DNA of 64,000 bases from an uncultured Spirochaetota bacterium. Lineage in GTDB: Bacteria > Spirochaetota > Brevinematia > Brevinematales > JAOACQ01. Positions 1 to 10,211 of the stretch are shown here, piece by piece. The notes under the pieces are model-generated. The model made no database searches, was not told the DNA's origin, and worked only from the letters and a program-made list of their open reading frames with translations. The stretch spans positions 1,824,112 through 1,888,111 of the forward strand of contig CAVYGN010000002.1 in NCBI GenBank assembly GCA_963768055.1, in the 5' to 3' direction. Each line of letters begins with the position of its first letter. Position 1 is the first letter of the stretch. A program made the translations under genes and the position numbers.

Positions 1-62
1 ATTAAAATGATGATAAAAAAGCCGAGGCCCAGTTTATAAGGGATCTTTAAATTTTTAAACAT
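1..62 (-). CDS. 5' end of a membrane protein, possibly a methyl-accepting chemotaxis or sensor protein (runs off the window)
   Basis: ATG at 62 with GGAGG RBS; translates MFKNLKIPYKLGLGFFIIIL, resembling MCP N-termini; only 20 codons visible. Confidence 0.4.
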   Translation of the reverse strand, partial: MFKNLKIPYKLGLGFFIIIL

Positions 63-233
63 TCCTGACACCCTCCAAAATAATTCCATCAGTAAAAACA
101 TTTTTTACTGATTGTATTGTATTTAACAGGCGTTAATATTTCAAAGAATTATAATAAAACCATGACAGGCATTAAGCTCATATGTTAGAAAAATATTAGG
201 GTAGGGAGTATATTTGATAAATGGCTGTGGTGA

Positions 234-461
234 TCAGGGCTGTTTTTCATCCTGGGGGACTTCAACCCTGTAAGTGACCTTATCGTTTAAAAGATCGTTG
301 ATGGCGCTTATAGTAACCTTTTCTTTCTGGCTCCTGTTTATTGGTATCTCAAGGTCTTCGTCGTTTTTCTGTGAAAGATATCGGGCATATTTGGACATCG
401 CGCTGGTTTTTTCGTATTTATTCCCCTGGAAAGAGAGAATTTTATCTATCTGTAAAGACAT
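234..461 (-). CDS. rpoZ: DNA-directed RNA polymerase omega subunit (spirochaete type)
   Basis: GNKYE..AMSKYAR and KVTISAINDLLNDKVTY match the omega pattern; GGAGG RBS before ATG at 461. Confidence 0.7.
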   Translation of the reverse strand: MSLQIDKILSFQGNKYEKTSAMSKYARYLSQKNDEDLEIPINRSQKEKVTISAINDLLNDKVTYRVEVPQDEKQP

Positions 462-558
462 TTCTTCCTCCATGAAGATAATATAGATCATTAAGTATAA
501 ATTATGTAGATCTTTATGTCAATTTTATAATTGGAAATAAGTTACAAATAGGTGCGCG

Positions 559-2073
559 TCAGCTTTGCAGGCAGATCATACATATGTCGTCTTCGAAGTC
601 TTCATTTCCCTTGAAATTTATCAGGCTTCTCATCAGGTTTGCGACAAATTCATCAGGCGGTAATTTTGAAAAGCTCAGCAGGGACCTTTTAAGCTCATAT
701 TCCTCAAAATCTTCCATCATATTGTATGAGCTGATAGTATCGGTTAAGCCGTCGGTATAGATAAGAAGCTTCGAATTTTCTTCGAGGATAACTGTAAGAT
801 CTTTGTGCATAGCCGCCGCTTCGGTATTTTCAAGTATGCCGAGGGGAATTCCCTTGTTATCGGAGGGAAGGTTGCCGATTTTATTATTTCCGATTATATA
901 TGGAAGGTTATGGCCGGCGTTAGCGTATGTAAATGCCCTTTCTGAAAAATCATAAATACCGTAAAGGGCTGTAATAAAAAGTTCGGTGGAAAGGTCCATC
1001 AGGAAAAGGTTTAACCGGGATAAAAATAATGAAGGGCTGTGGGTCCATTCTCCCGCTTGAAGTATGAAACTCTTTACCATAGACGTCATCATTGCCGCCG
1101 GTGCGCCATGGCCCGATATATCGCTGATGAATATCCCTGCTTTCGCCTTTTCTTTGAAGGATATGAAATCATAAAAATCACCGCCCAATTTTTCCATCGG
1201 CCTGTAGCATACGCTTATCCGATCGAACGGCGGGACTTTCGGGATCATCTGAAGCTGGATCCTTTTCGCTATTTCAAGCTCGCTCTCTATCTGGCTGTTC
1301 TTCAAATTTATCTGCCGGCGTTCAAGTTCTAGCTCCAGATTTTTTGTCTTTAGTTCGGAGGTTAAAAGTTCAAGCGATTTAGATTTTGTTATTAATTCCC
1401 GGTTTTGATTTTCTATTAAAAGGGTTCCGGCGAAATCTTTTAATTTGTTTTTATAGAATGTAAAGCATATGAAAAGGCCTATGATTAACGCTAAAGTACT
1501 GTTTGTGATATTGGCGGCTAAAATACTGCTGTCCTTTTGCAGGGCTATGGCCCCCGTTAAAAAAACAAGATGGGGAAGTGCATATATGAGCAATGCCGAT
1601 TTCAAACTCATATTCATCAATATTCCCGTACCCAGAAGGCCGATCAGATAAACCAGGAATTGTCCGTTAGTCAACTGATCCGCTACGCTGTTCAGCGAGC
1701 TGAGCATTAAAATTGAAAAAGCGTAGAATTTATTAATGAAGACTTGGTATATTTTTATATTTCCAGGTCTATCATGAAAAAGGGCGAAGTTAATTACTGC
1801 AGTGAAGATTGTTACGAGCAAAAACCCCAGATCGGCAAGGGTGTTCAAAAAATCGTGATAATAATGCCGATTATTCGGGTTATACAGGTCGGACAGATCG
1901 GAAAAAATAATTACGGGGACTAAATATAAAATCAGCAGCAGGCTAAAATATTTAATCTTGCGGTAATTTTGAAAATCTATTTCATTTTTGAAAGTCTCTT
2001 TCTCAATACCGACCAGTTCTACAGCAGGCGGCTTGAAAATAGAAGAATATATCGATTTAATAAATTTCTTCAT
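559..2073 (-). CDS. Membrane-bound SpoIIE/RsbU-type PP2C phosphatase
   Basis: N-terminal TM helices, coiled coil, GGDFYD, DISGHG, NAGH, YTDGL and EDDI motifs. Confidence 0.9.
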   Translation of the reverse strand: MKKFIKSIYSSIFKPPAVELVGIEKETFKNEIDFQNYRKIKYFSLLLILYLVPVIIFSDLSDLYNPNNRHYYHDFLNTLADLGFLLVTIFTAVINFALFHDRPGNIKIYQVFINKFYAFSILMLSSLNSVADQLTNGQFLVYLIGLLGTGILMNMSLKSALLIYALPHLVFLTGAIALQKDSSILAANITNSTLALIIGLFICFTFYKNKLKDFAGTLLIENQNRELITKSKSLELLTSELKTKNLELELERRQINLKNSQIESELEIAKRIQLQMIPKVPPFDRISVCYRPMEKLGGDFYDFISFKEKAKAGIFISDISGHGAPAAMMTSMVKSFILQAGEWTHSPSLFLSRLNLFLMDLSTELFITALYGIYDFSERAFTYANAGHNLPYIIGNNKIGNLPSDNKGIPLGILENTEAAAMHKDLTVILEENSKLLIYTDGLTDTISSYNMMEDFEEYELKRSLLSFSKLPPDEFVANLMRSLINFKGNEDFEDDICMICLQS

Positions 2074-2219
2074 GACGGCAGCTCCTTCAACACCAAATTT
2101 ATTAGAAGCGCCCTTAAAAAATTATGCCATATAATTAAATTCAAAGCAAATTTAAAAAGGGCCATTCAATATTATACTGATCTTTATAAAATCAAATTTT
2201 ATCGTGCATTATGACGGGT

Positions 2220-2316
2220 TGTCATTTCGGAGCGTTTATCCTGCGGAAGAAATCTTCCCCGATGCAAGATTTCTCGTCCCCCTACGGGGATAAACGCTTT
2301 GCTCCTCGAAATGACA
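2220..2316. repeat. REP-like intergenic palindrome
   Basis: TGTCATTTCG...CGAAATGACA ends with inner AGCGTTTATCC/GGATAAACGCT and AGAAATCTT/AAGATTTCT stems. Confidence 0.65.
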
Positions 2317-2491
2317 TTGCCATCGAAAAATGACGGAAAGTGAATATTCTTAATTCGGGGGGAATAGGATTGAGCTTCAGGGTAGCATCTGCAATGTAAT
2401 TAATCTTGCCATATCAATACGATGATGTTATATTTATGTGTTTTTCATAAAGAGCGGGCCGGGGATGAAAAAAATATAGGAGGATTATTGT

Positions 2492-3031
2492 ATGGGCGAG
2501 TATTTAAATCAAATTCCTGAAAAGATCCGGGATCACATTAAAGGAATAACAAGGACATCAGGATTACCCGATACCGATGATTCGGTGGAAAAGATCGCCG
2601 AGGCATGGCTTGAAAAAGAAAAGAAGTTCGTCGGTGAGATCGAGGCTCAAAAAATGGAGGAAGTTGAAATCCTGAGAAAGGATGAGCCCAACGGCGCTGT
2701 CATTATGACTTATTCAGGATCCCTGCTCTCCATCGGACCGATAATTAACGACTCCAGGAAAGTAAGCTACGCCAGCATAGAACTAAGGCAGGACGTACCC
2801 CACATGCTTTCAAAAGACGACGCGAAGATGACTGAGGACCTTGCGACCGACCAGCGCGCCATGTTCGATGACGGCCCCGTTCAAAAAACTTCTCCTATTT
2901 TCAAGATAGCCGTTTCAGCTATCAAATTGCCTCCTGAAGAAGAAGCCGCGAAGCTGGATAATGTGACTCTGATATTGACAAAGGAATTTGTGAACGTAAA
3001 TAAAACTTTTGTGAGCGATGAAGAGAAGTAA
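2492..3031 (+). CDS. Hypothetical protein, first gene of the kinase/FHA/VWA cluster
   Basis: 179 aa ORF with AGGAGG RBS, co-oriented with downstream genes. Confidence 0.75.
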   Translation: MGEYLNQIPEKIRDHIKGITRTSGLPDTDDSVEKIAEAWLEKEKKFVGEIEAQKMEEVEILRKDEPNGAVIMTYSGSLLSIGPIINDSRKVSYASIELRQDVPHMLSKDDAKMTEDLATDQRAMFDDGPVQKTSPIFKIAVSAIKLPPEEEAAKLDNVTLILTKEFVNVNKTFVSDEEK

Positions 3032-3061
3032 AGCCAATTACGAAAGGGGACAAGGGAAAAA

Positions 3062-4687
3062 TTGGACAATTTAATGGAGCGGATCGGTAAATATCTGATC
3101 ATTGAGAAAATAGCTACGGGCGGGATGTCGAACGTTTACAAAGTCAAACACCCCACTCTGGACAGTTATATGATCTTGAAGCAGCTCAATATAAAAGGGG
3201 TAGAGGGGGTAGTTGAAAGGTTTAAAAGAGAAGCCCGAATCATGTTTAACTTTAGAAGTGAGAATATCGTACAGGTTTATGATCATTTCAAAGAGGGAAC
3301 CTCATATTATATAGTAATGGAATATATAGACGGCATGGGGCTGGACAAGGTAATACAGGCTAAAAGGCATCTGACGACCGAGGCCGCCGTTCTTATACTG
3401 TTCGAAATATGCAAGGGGTTAAAATATGCGCATGACAAGGGAGTAATCCATAGGGATATAAAACCGGCCAATATTATGGTTTCAAAAGAAGGCGAGATCA
3501 AGCTTACGGATTTCGGCATTGCCAAGTCCGAGGAAGACGCTCCCGACGGATTGACGCTGAAGGGCACCACCCTGGGTACTCCTTCATATATGGCTCCGGA
3601 ACAGATCGCCGACAGCAAAGATGTTGATAAAAGGGCCGATATTTTTTCGCTTGGGGTTCTTTTTTACCAGTCGCTTACCGGAAAATTACCCTTTGCTTCC
3701 GATATCCCGGCCAAGACAATTGCACTGATTGAAAAGGGAAGGTATAAGAAGCCGAGGAGGATAAATCCAAGGATCCCGCCTAAAATTCAGACGATAATAA
3801 CTAAAATGATACGCAAAAAGGCAAGGTCAAGGTTTAAGGACCTGGGCTTTGTATTGGAGAGATTAAGCCCGTATTTAAAACAATATAAAACTCAACAGCA
3901 AAAGAACGACGACATCAGGGATTATATTTTCGGCGATGAAAAATCATTTTCTTTTAAAAGGATCCAGAAAAGCGGGGCCTTTTATTTCCGCATTATAGCC
4001 CTGGTATTTTTGATATCGGGGATCCTCGGATATTATTTTTATCATAAGGGATTATATCATGACCTTTTAGTGAGGGGCAGTTATGGTAAGATCTCCCTTA
4101 AGATAACACTGGATAAAAGCATTAGGAAATATAATCCCGATATCATTAAAGCGACTCTTTTCAGCAAAGATAAAAATGGGAACTTCAGGGAAACCGGAAG
4201 CCTAAACTGCCGGTTAGCGACCAATAGAAATTATAAATCCGAGGAATTTATCCATTATTTATCCGATGATATATACCTTAAAGCCGACGATTATATCCTC
4301 AGTTCCGATATTATCGATGAGAAGTTTTACAGGGAATTTAAAGTCGAGCCTATGACGGGGGAGGAATCCTTTAAATTTCCGGCCAGGGCAAAAGAGATTG
4401 AATTGTTATACACAGAGCCGCCCGAATTGCCGCTGGATATCCGGTATTATTTTTATGATAAGACGGATGAAACCAGGATCGGCGATGTTGCAATTTATCT
4501 TTATGACCGGAATGACTGGGTCAAATGGGAAATTTACAGGGATAAACGTAAAGACGCGTTATTAACGGATAAAACTTATTATTTCAAATTTGAAAAGGAA
4601 GGGTATTTGACTAAGAGGCTGAATATTTCAGTCAACAGGTCTGAAACGGTACTGAAACTATTCGTTTATCTTGTTCCGATACAGTAA
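3062..4687 (+). CDS. Hanks-type Ser/Thr protein kinase with TM helix and C-terminal extracytoplasmic region
   Basis: HRDIKPAN, DFGIAK and GTPSYMAPEQ motifs. Confidence 0.95.
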   Translation: MDNLMERIGKYLIIEKIATGGMSNVYKVKHPTLDSYMILKQLNIKGVEGVVERFKREARIMFNFRSENIVQVYDHFKEGTSYYIVMEYIDGMGLDKVIQAKRHLTTEAAVLILFEICKGLKYAHDKGVIHRDIKPANIMVSKEGEIKLTDFGIAKSEEDAPDGLTLKGTTLGTPSYMAPEQIADSKDVDKRADIFSLGVLFYQSLTGKLPFASDIPAKTIALIEKGRYKKPRRINPRIPPKIQTIITKMIRKKARSRFKDLGFVLERLSPYLKQYKTQQQKNDDIRDYIFGDEKSFSFKRIQKSGAFYFRIIALVFLISGILGYYFYHKGLYHDLLVRGSYGKISLKITLDKSIRKYNPDIIKATLFSKDKNGNFRETGSLNCRLATNRNYKSEEFIHYLSDDIYLKADDYILSSDIIDEKFYREFKVEPMTGEESFKFPARAKEIELLYTEPPELPLDIRYYFYDKTDETRIGDVAIYLYDRNDWVKWEIYRDKRKDALLTDKTYYFKFEKEGYLTKRLNISVNRSETVLKLFVYLVPIQ

Positions 4688-4717
4688 GCCGGCTGGATTT
4701 TATGAAGGGGTTCTTAT

Positions 4718-5608
4718 ATGACGGTAATCGTTAAAAGATTATTTCTCTGTATCATAGGGTTACTGGGAGGGTTTTCTTCCTGGTCCGCGGTGGAATCTGT
4801 AATAATTTTCCAGTCATTTTTTCCTTCGTACCTGGTATTCGGTTCTGTTCTGGGAATGATTGTCGGCGCGTTTACAGGCGGATTCTTCGGTTCGAGCGAG
4901 GGCATTTTCCTCTCGGACTGGAAAAAAATATGGAAGGGGATCTTTACCGGGACTATTACCGGCATAATCGGAGGGGCGGCGGGATTTATAGCCGGACAGG
5001 CGGCATTATTCGCCGCCGGCAATAATATTATTCGATCGGCTTCGGATATCGATAATTGGGCCCTGCCTCTCGCCAGGGCCTGCGGCTGGGCCATTCTTGG
5101 CGTTTTTATAGGCCTGACTGAGGGGATTAGAGCCGGATCTTTTAATAAGTTAAGGGTGGGATTTTTAGGCGGGTTATGCGGAGGGATCGTAGGAGGCTTA
5201 GCCGTGGAATATCTGCCCAGGGTCATCAGCAATCTGCCGATGTCAAGACTTATCGGTTTTCTTATTTTCGGGCTTATGATCGGTTTTTTTTATTCTCTTC
5301 TCGAAAAATCTTTTTCTTTTGGAATATTGAGGCTTTTGAACGGTAAATTTAAAGGTAAGGAGTTTTTATTAAACCAGAGAAGGATAATGATAGGATCCTC
5401 AGGTAAATGCGAAATTTCATTGATCGATTATGACAATGTAGAGCCCCTGCACGCTGAAGTAATATCCAGGGGCATTAATATCAGTATCAGAAAGCATGCA
5501 AAAGAATCTATTATGAAGGTTAACGACGATATGGTCGAAAATCAGAAGCTCATGCTGGACGACGTGATCCAGATAGGAGGCGCCAAGTTCCTCTTCAAAT
5601 ATAGTTGA
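4718..5608 (+). CDS. Gly-rich multi-TM protein with C-terminal FHA-like domain
   Basis: Several Gly-rich TM helices; IMIGS...HAEV...VND...DDVIQIG FHA-like pattern. Confidence 0.8.
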   Translation: MTVIVKRLFLCIIGLLGGFSSWSAVESVIIFQSFFPSYLVFGSVLGMIVGAFTGGFFGSSEGIFLSDWKKIWKGIFTGTITGIIGGAAGFIAGQAALFAAGNNIIRSASDIDNWALPLARACGWAILGVFIGLTEGIRAGSFNKLRVGFLGGLCGGIVGGLAVEYLPRVISNLPMSRLIGFLIFGLMIGFFYSLLEKSFSFGILRLLNGKFKGKEFLLNQRRIMIGSSGKCEISLIDYDNVEPLHAEVISRGINISIRKHAKESIMKVNDDMVENQKLMLDDVIQIGGAKFLFKYS

Positions 5609-5623
5609 TTAAGGGGGTTCATT

Positions 5624-7060
5624 GTGTCTCAAAGATTGATAGTATTTTTTGCATTAATTTTTATATTCTGCAAGTCCTTCGGCGACTTTTTGAATATTAC
5701 GGAGATTGATAATTCCGATTTGCTGTTCAGCCAGAAAATCAAGGTTTATGTAAGCGTTCTTGATGATGAGGGGAAACCGGTAAATCGAATATCGTCAAAT
5801 GATTTCAGGGTTTACGAATCATCCCGGCCCGGTGTAAACGATCATAAACCGGCAATCATTACCGGGTTTATTCCCGAAGCTAATATTGAAAACGGGGTCA
5901 GTTTTTTGCTTCTACTCGATAACTCAGGCAGCATGTATAATGATATCAATGATAAAGAGACTGATGACCCGGGCAAAACCAGAATCGCCAATGCGAAAGA
6001 AGCGGTCTTGAATTTTTTAAACAGCATGGAAAATCCGAAAGACAAGGCCGGGATAGCGTCCTTTAACAGCTTCTATACCCTCTATTGCGGTCCCTTAAAA
6101 GACAAATCAAGGGTTGAAAATTATCTCGATGAAATAAAAAAACCGAAGGGCGACGAAGGGTGGACTGAAATTTATTCGAGCCTGTTTCTTGCCGCGGATG
6201 ATTTTAAACAGATTTCAGGAAGAAAAGTTATAATCATCCTGTCAGACGGTGAAAATATGCCGTATTATAAAAATACGGGTAAATTGCAGAAGGATTTCGG
6301 AAAAAGGTTGTTTACATACCAGGATGACATTGGAAAATACCTGCATGAATGTGTAACCGTATTTGTGATAAACTACGGTAAACCTGAAGAAATAAAGGAT
6401 AGCGGATTAAAAATAATAGCCCGGGAAACCGGGGGGTCGGTATTCGATGCTTCAAATGCCGATGAATTGAAAAGCGTTTATTCAGTCATCAGGAACAGAA
6501 TACTTAACGAATATTTAATCACCTACAAAGCGGGAATGGAACCTTCCGATAAAAAATATCTGCGGGTAGAACTGGAAACTACAAACGGCAATATAAATTC
6601 GGCCAGGTTTTATTACTCCAGCCTTATTTTTGGCGTTCCTGCCGGAAATTTTACGCCTATTTTATTGGCGCCTATAATATTGGCAATAATTTTACTATGG
6701 ATCCTGTCCATGATCAAGTTTAAAAACAGGAATAAAAAACCATTGCTCGAAGTCCTGGACGCCCCGATGAGGACTGTCATAAACAGGACCCTGGCCCTGA
6801 CAAAAAATGAGACGGTAATTGGAGCTTCCCCAAAGGCTGATATGACAATTCCCGGCAAGCATGAGGAGGACAGGGAATACGCGACGATAATTTATGACGA
6901 GAAAACTAAAATTTATGCCGTTAAGAGTAAAGATGAAATCATGGTAAACAATAAGCCGGTCAGGACCAAGGTGCTTGAATCGGGAGATGTTATCAACGCC
7001 GGAGGTGTTTCAATCGTCTTCGATTCCGGCGATTCTGGCGGGGAAAAGAAAGATCATTGA
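5624..7060 (+). CDS. VWA domain protein with TM helix and C-terminal FHA-like domain
   Basis: Signal peptide, MIDAS DNSGSM, LSDGE, ETGG; C-terminal VIG...VNN...GDVI. Confidence 0.85.
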   Translation: MSQRLIVFFALIFIFCKSFGDFLNITEIDNSDLLFSQKIKVYVSVLDDEGKPVNRISSNDFRVYESSRPGVNDHKPAIITGFIPEANIENGVSFLLLLDNSGSMYNDINDKETDDPGKTRIANAKEAVLNFLNSMENPKDKAGIASFNSFYTLYCGPLKDKSRVENYLDEIKKPKGDEGWTEIYSSLFLAADDFKQISGRKVIIILSDGENMPYYKNTGKLQKDFGKRLFTYQDDIGKYLHECVTVFVINYGKPEEIKDSGLKIIARETGGSVFDASNADELKSVYSVIRNRILNEYLITYKAGMEPSDKKYLRVELETTNGNINSARFYYSSLIFGVPAGNFTPILLAPIILAIILLWILSMIKFKNRNKKPLLEVLDAPMRTVINRTLALTKNETVIGASPKADMTIPGKHEEDREYATIIYDEKTKIYAVKSKDEIMVNNKPVRTKVLESGDVINAGGVSIVFDSGDSGGEKKDH

Positions 7061-7818
7061 TCCTCTTTAAATTTACGGCCTTCAAAGTAGCCTGTTTTTA
7101 AGGATTTAATATTTTCGATCATATTCTCTAAAATATCGAAACCTGAGCCTATCTCGGCTCTTGAATGAGCGTCAGAACCCGTCGTTATTATCTGTCCGCC
7201 TGCAAGGGAATATCCGGTGAGGATGTAAATTCCCGGCATCGGTTCTTCAATGCCTTTTCTCAGGGTGGAAGTATTCAATTCGAGAGCTATGCCGTTTTTT
7301 TTCATCTTTTCAAGCACTTCCCCCTCGATCTTACCATAAAAATTTTCTCCCAGGTATCTTTTCGGAAAATCGAAATGCGCGATAACGTCGAAACCGCCGA
7401 ATTCGACCGACTTTAATAGCTCAATAAAGTACATTTCAAATATTTGATCTTTGGTATATAGCCTTTCAAGATCATTTTCGCCGACAAAATGGTTGCCGAT
7501 CCAGTGAACCGCGCCCAAAATCATGTCAAAATCCAATTTAAGAACTTTCTCGAATTCTTTCGGATGAAGGTGCGGTTCTCCGACTTCAACGCCCTTCAGA
7601 ACCTTTAAACCGGGGCTATACTCCCGCCTGGCCCTGTCGATTAATTTTGAATAATTATCAAAGTCGAAACCTTCAATTCCATTGGCAAGGTCAAGGTGTT
7701 CTGTAAAACATATTATTTTTATATTTTTTTTAACGGCTTCACAGCACATATCCGGGATAGGATCGGCGCCGTCTTTTGAGATTGTCGAGTGGACATGAAG
7801 GTCCATCCTTACCGGCAT
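7054..7818 (-). CDS. PHP-family phosphatase (HisJ/HisK-like histidinol phosphatase)
   Basis: DLHVHS, TEH, AHFD and GSDAH motifs. Confidence 0.85.
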   Translation of the reverse strand: MPVRMDLHVHSTISKDGADPIPDMCCEAVKKNIKIICFTEHLDLANGIEGFDFDNYSKLIDRARREYSPGLKVLKGVEVGEPHLHPKEFEKVLKLDFDMILGAVHWIGNHFVGENDLERLYTKDQIFEMYFIELLKSVEFGGFDVIAHFDFPKRYLGENFYGKIEGEVLEKMKKNGIALELNTSTLRKGIEEPMPGIYILTGYSLAGGQIITTGSDAHSRAEIGSGFDILENMIENIKSLKTGYFEGRKFKEDQ

Positions 7819-7900
7819 AAAAAACCTCTGTTTTGCCAAGTGTGATTAATTATCAAGGAAATATTTTAAAGTAATGCATAACATTAAGCAAATGTAGGAC

Positions 7901-7996
7901 GGCAGTCGACAGTCAGCAGTCGAAAGTCAATATTTTAAGCAATACTTTATAGGTGATAATGTGACTGCAGACTGTAGACTAAAGACTGTTGACTGA
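7901..7996. repeat. Inverted arrays of 7-bp short tandem repeats
   Basis: (AGTCnnn)x4 at 7904-7928 facing (GACTnnn)x5 at 7963-7996. Confidence 0.7.
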
Positions 7997-8049
7997 AGTA
8001 ATTTGATATAACGTCTCAATTGAATTAAAATCATTCGATTGAGGGTAGT

Positions 8050-9288
8050 ATGGACGCTGATATCATAGTTATCGGAGCAGGCCCGGTTGGAATGCTCTCG
8101 GCCCTCCTTGCCGATAAAGCAGGACTTTCTGTCATCTTACTTGAAAAAAGCTGCGAAAGGCAGCCGAACTCCAGGGCCATCGGGATAACACCGCCTTCGC
8201 TTGAGATCCTGCGTAATGTTTCCCTTGACCTTAAATTTGTCGATCTCGGCGTACCGGTAAGCCGTTCGGAGGTAATTGGAGAAATGTTATCAATGGGAAG
8301 GGCGGATTTCTCATGCTTTAAAAGCGATTACAAATTCATACTGGCGATACCACAAAATATAACCGAATCAGTCCTTGAAGAAGCGCTTAAAAAAACCGCC
8401 AATATCAGATTTTTAAGGGGCCATGAAGCAAAGAGTTTTTCATATGATTCCTCCATTTTAAATGTAAAGGGAGAAACGGCAGCAGGGGATTATTTTCAAT
8501 TTTCATCCAGATTCGCCCTGGCATGCGACGGGGGTAAAAGCGCTTCGAGGGAATCTCTTAAGATCCGTTTTATCGGGTTCCCTTACAAGGAAACTTTTCT
8601 GATGGGGGATTTCGATGACAATTCGGGCTGGAAAGACGAGGCCAGGCTTTACCTTACCTCGAGGGGATCGGTGGAATCCTTTCCCCTCCCGGGAGAGAGA
8701 AGAAGGTATGTATTGAGGACGCCTTATTTCATCAAGGAAAACACATCCGATTTTTTAGAAAAAGAAATCCCTGAAAGGTGCGGGGTCGATATTGGGAAAG
8801 TTTGCAAATACTGGGAAAGCGCCTTCGGAGTGGGGCGATATCTTGCGGAATATTTCTACAAGGAGAAGGTTTTACTCTGCGGTGATGCGGCCCATATAAT
8901 GTCGCCAATAGGAGGGCAAAACATGAACACCGGATTCGCCGACGCGGAACTTGCGGTCTGGCTTATTAAAAAAACGCTTGACGGCGATATAACTACCGAA
9001 AGATCAGCCGCTCTTTACAACCGTTTCAGAAAAAAAGCCGCGGTAAGCGCAGCCTGGAGGGCCGGTTTTTTAATGAAGGTCGGTACTTCCGGCGGGATGA
9101 TTTTTTCTATTGTCCGTTCATTCGGCGGTTATATTATATTTCACAGCCTGTTAAAGAGGGTATTCATACCTATGGCCGGTATGCTTAATATACCTTTCAG
9201 AAACCTGAATTCGCCGGACTTTCAGCCGATCCTTAGAGGTAGTCTCCCACGAGTTTTTCGGAGAGGTCCCATAACTTTCTTCCGGTAA
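8050..9288 (+). CDS. FAD-dependent monooxygenase (FAD_binding_3)
   Basis: GAGPVG, ACDG and GDAAH...GGQNMNTG motifs. Confidence 0.9.
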   Translation: MDADIIVIGAGPVGMLSALLADKAGLSVILLEKSCERQPNSRAIGITPPSLEILRNVSLDLKFVDLGVPVSRSEVIGEMLSMGRADFSCFKSDYKFILAIPQNITESVLEEALKKTANIRFLRGHEAKSFSYDSSILNVKGETAAGDYFQFSSRFALACDGGKSASRESLKIRFIGFPYKETFLMGDFDDNSGWKDEARLYLTSRGSVESFPLPGERRRYVLRTPYFIKENTSDFLEKEIPERCGVDIGKVCKYWESAFGVGRYLAEYFYKEKVLLCGDAAHIMSPIGGQNMNTGFADAELAVWLIKKTLDGDITTERSAALYNRFRKKAAVSAAWRAGFLMKVGTSGGMIFSIVRSFGGYIIFHSLLKRVFIPMAGMLNIPFRNLNSPDFQPILRGSLPRVFRRGPITFFR

Positions 9289-10090
9289 TCCTATCATTGG
9301 AGTTTTCAGCTGTCTTAACCGGTTTTCTTTTATAAAAATATTTTCCGGTAATTTCCTTTACATCGCTTGAATAAGCCAGGTAAACGGAAGTATCGGCCCC
9401 CTGTTCCGGTGCGGTTATGAAAGCTCCAAAAATACGCATCATTGCCCTGAAAATCTGATTTTTTGAATTGAGCCCGAAACCTGTTCTTACTACCCCCGGA
9501 TGCAGGGAATTGGAGTTTATTCCTAAGCCTTTTACACGTTCGGCCAGTTCAACCGAAAAAAGATTGACGCAGATCTTTGAGGCGCTGTAAGCATAAAAAC
9601 CCTTATAAGCGCTGACTTCGACCACCTTGCTTAAATCTATTTTTTTAAGAAACCTGTGAGCGTTGGAAGAAACATGTATTATCCTGGAGGGCGAACTCTT
9701 TTTTAAAAGATCGAGAAGGAGGTTTGTCAATAGAAAATGAGACAGATAATTTACGGCGAAAGTTATTTCGATCCCGTCCTTTGAAGACCTTTCGTCCATA
9801 AAAACACCTCCTGCATTATTTATAAGAACGTCAAGCCTGTCAAACCTTTCCCTGAATTCGGCAGCTATGCCTTTAACTTCTTTGAGAGAAGTAAGATCAC
9901 CCCTTATCCCCTCGACCTTTTTACTGCCGGTCCTGCCTTTTATCTCATTTACTACTCTATTGATTTTATTCTGGTCTCTTCCATGGATTATGACAGTCGC
10001 ACCCAGCCCTGCGAGAGCTTCTCCTGTGGATTTCCCTATGCCGTTTGTGGCTCCGGTTATTAAAACCACACTTTGCCTGATATCTTCCAT
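9233..10090 (-). CDS. SDR oxidoreductase (retinol dehydrogenase-like)
   Basis: TGATNGIG, NNAG, YSASK and HPGVVRT motifs. Confidence 0.92.
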   Translation of the reverse strand: MEDIRQSVVLITGATNGIGKSTGEALAGLGATVIIHGRDQNKINRVVNEIKGRTGSKKVEGIRGDLTSLKEVKGIAAEFRERFDRLDVLINNAGGVFMDERSSKDGIEITFAVNYLSHFLLTNLLLDLLKKSSPSRIIHVSSNAHRFLKKIDLSKVVEVSAYKGFYAYSASKICVNLFSVELAERVKGLGINSNSLHPGVVRTGFGLNSKNQIFRAMMRIFGAFITAPEQGADTSVYLAYSSDVKEITGKYFYKRKPVKTAENSNDRITGRKLWDLSEKLVGDYL

Positions 10091-10211
10091 ATACTCTCCT
10101 TATCAGAAAATTTCCCTTAATAATATTAGAATCTATTAATTTTTATCAGCAGCGTCAACAAGTTGCTTTTATTTTCATATAGCTATATATTTTTATTAGA
10201 GAGAAAAGATT

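Noticed and set aside
4714..5232. Antisense ORFs over long genes (also within copA, the oxoamine synthase and the EAL gene)
   Set aside because: They lie opposite well-supported genes and carry no motifs.
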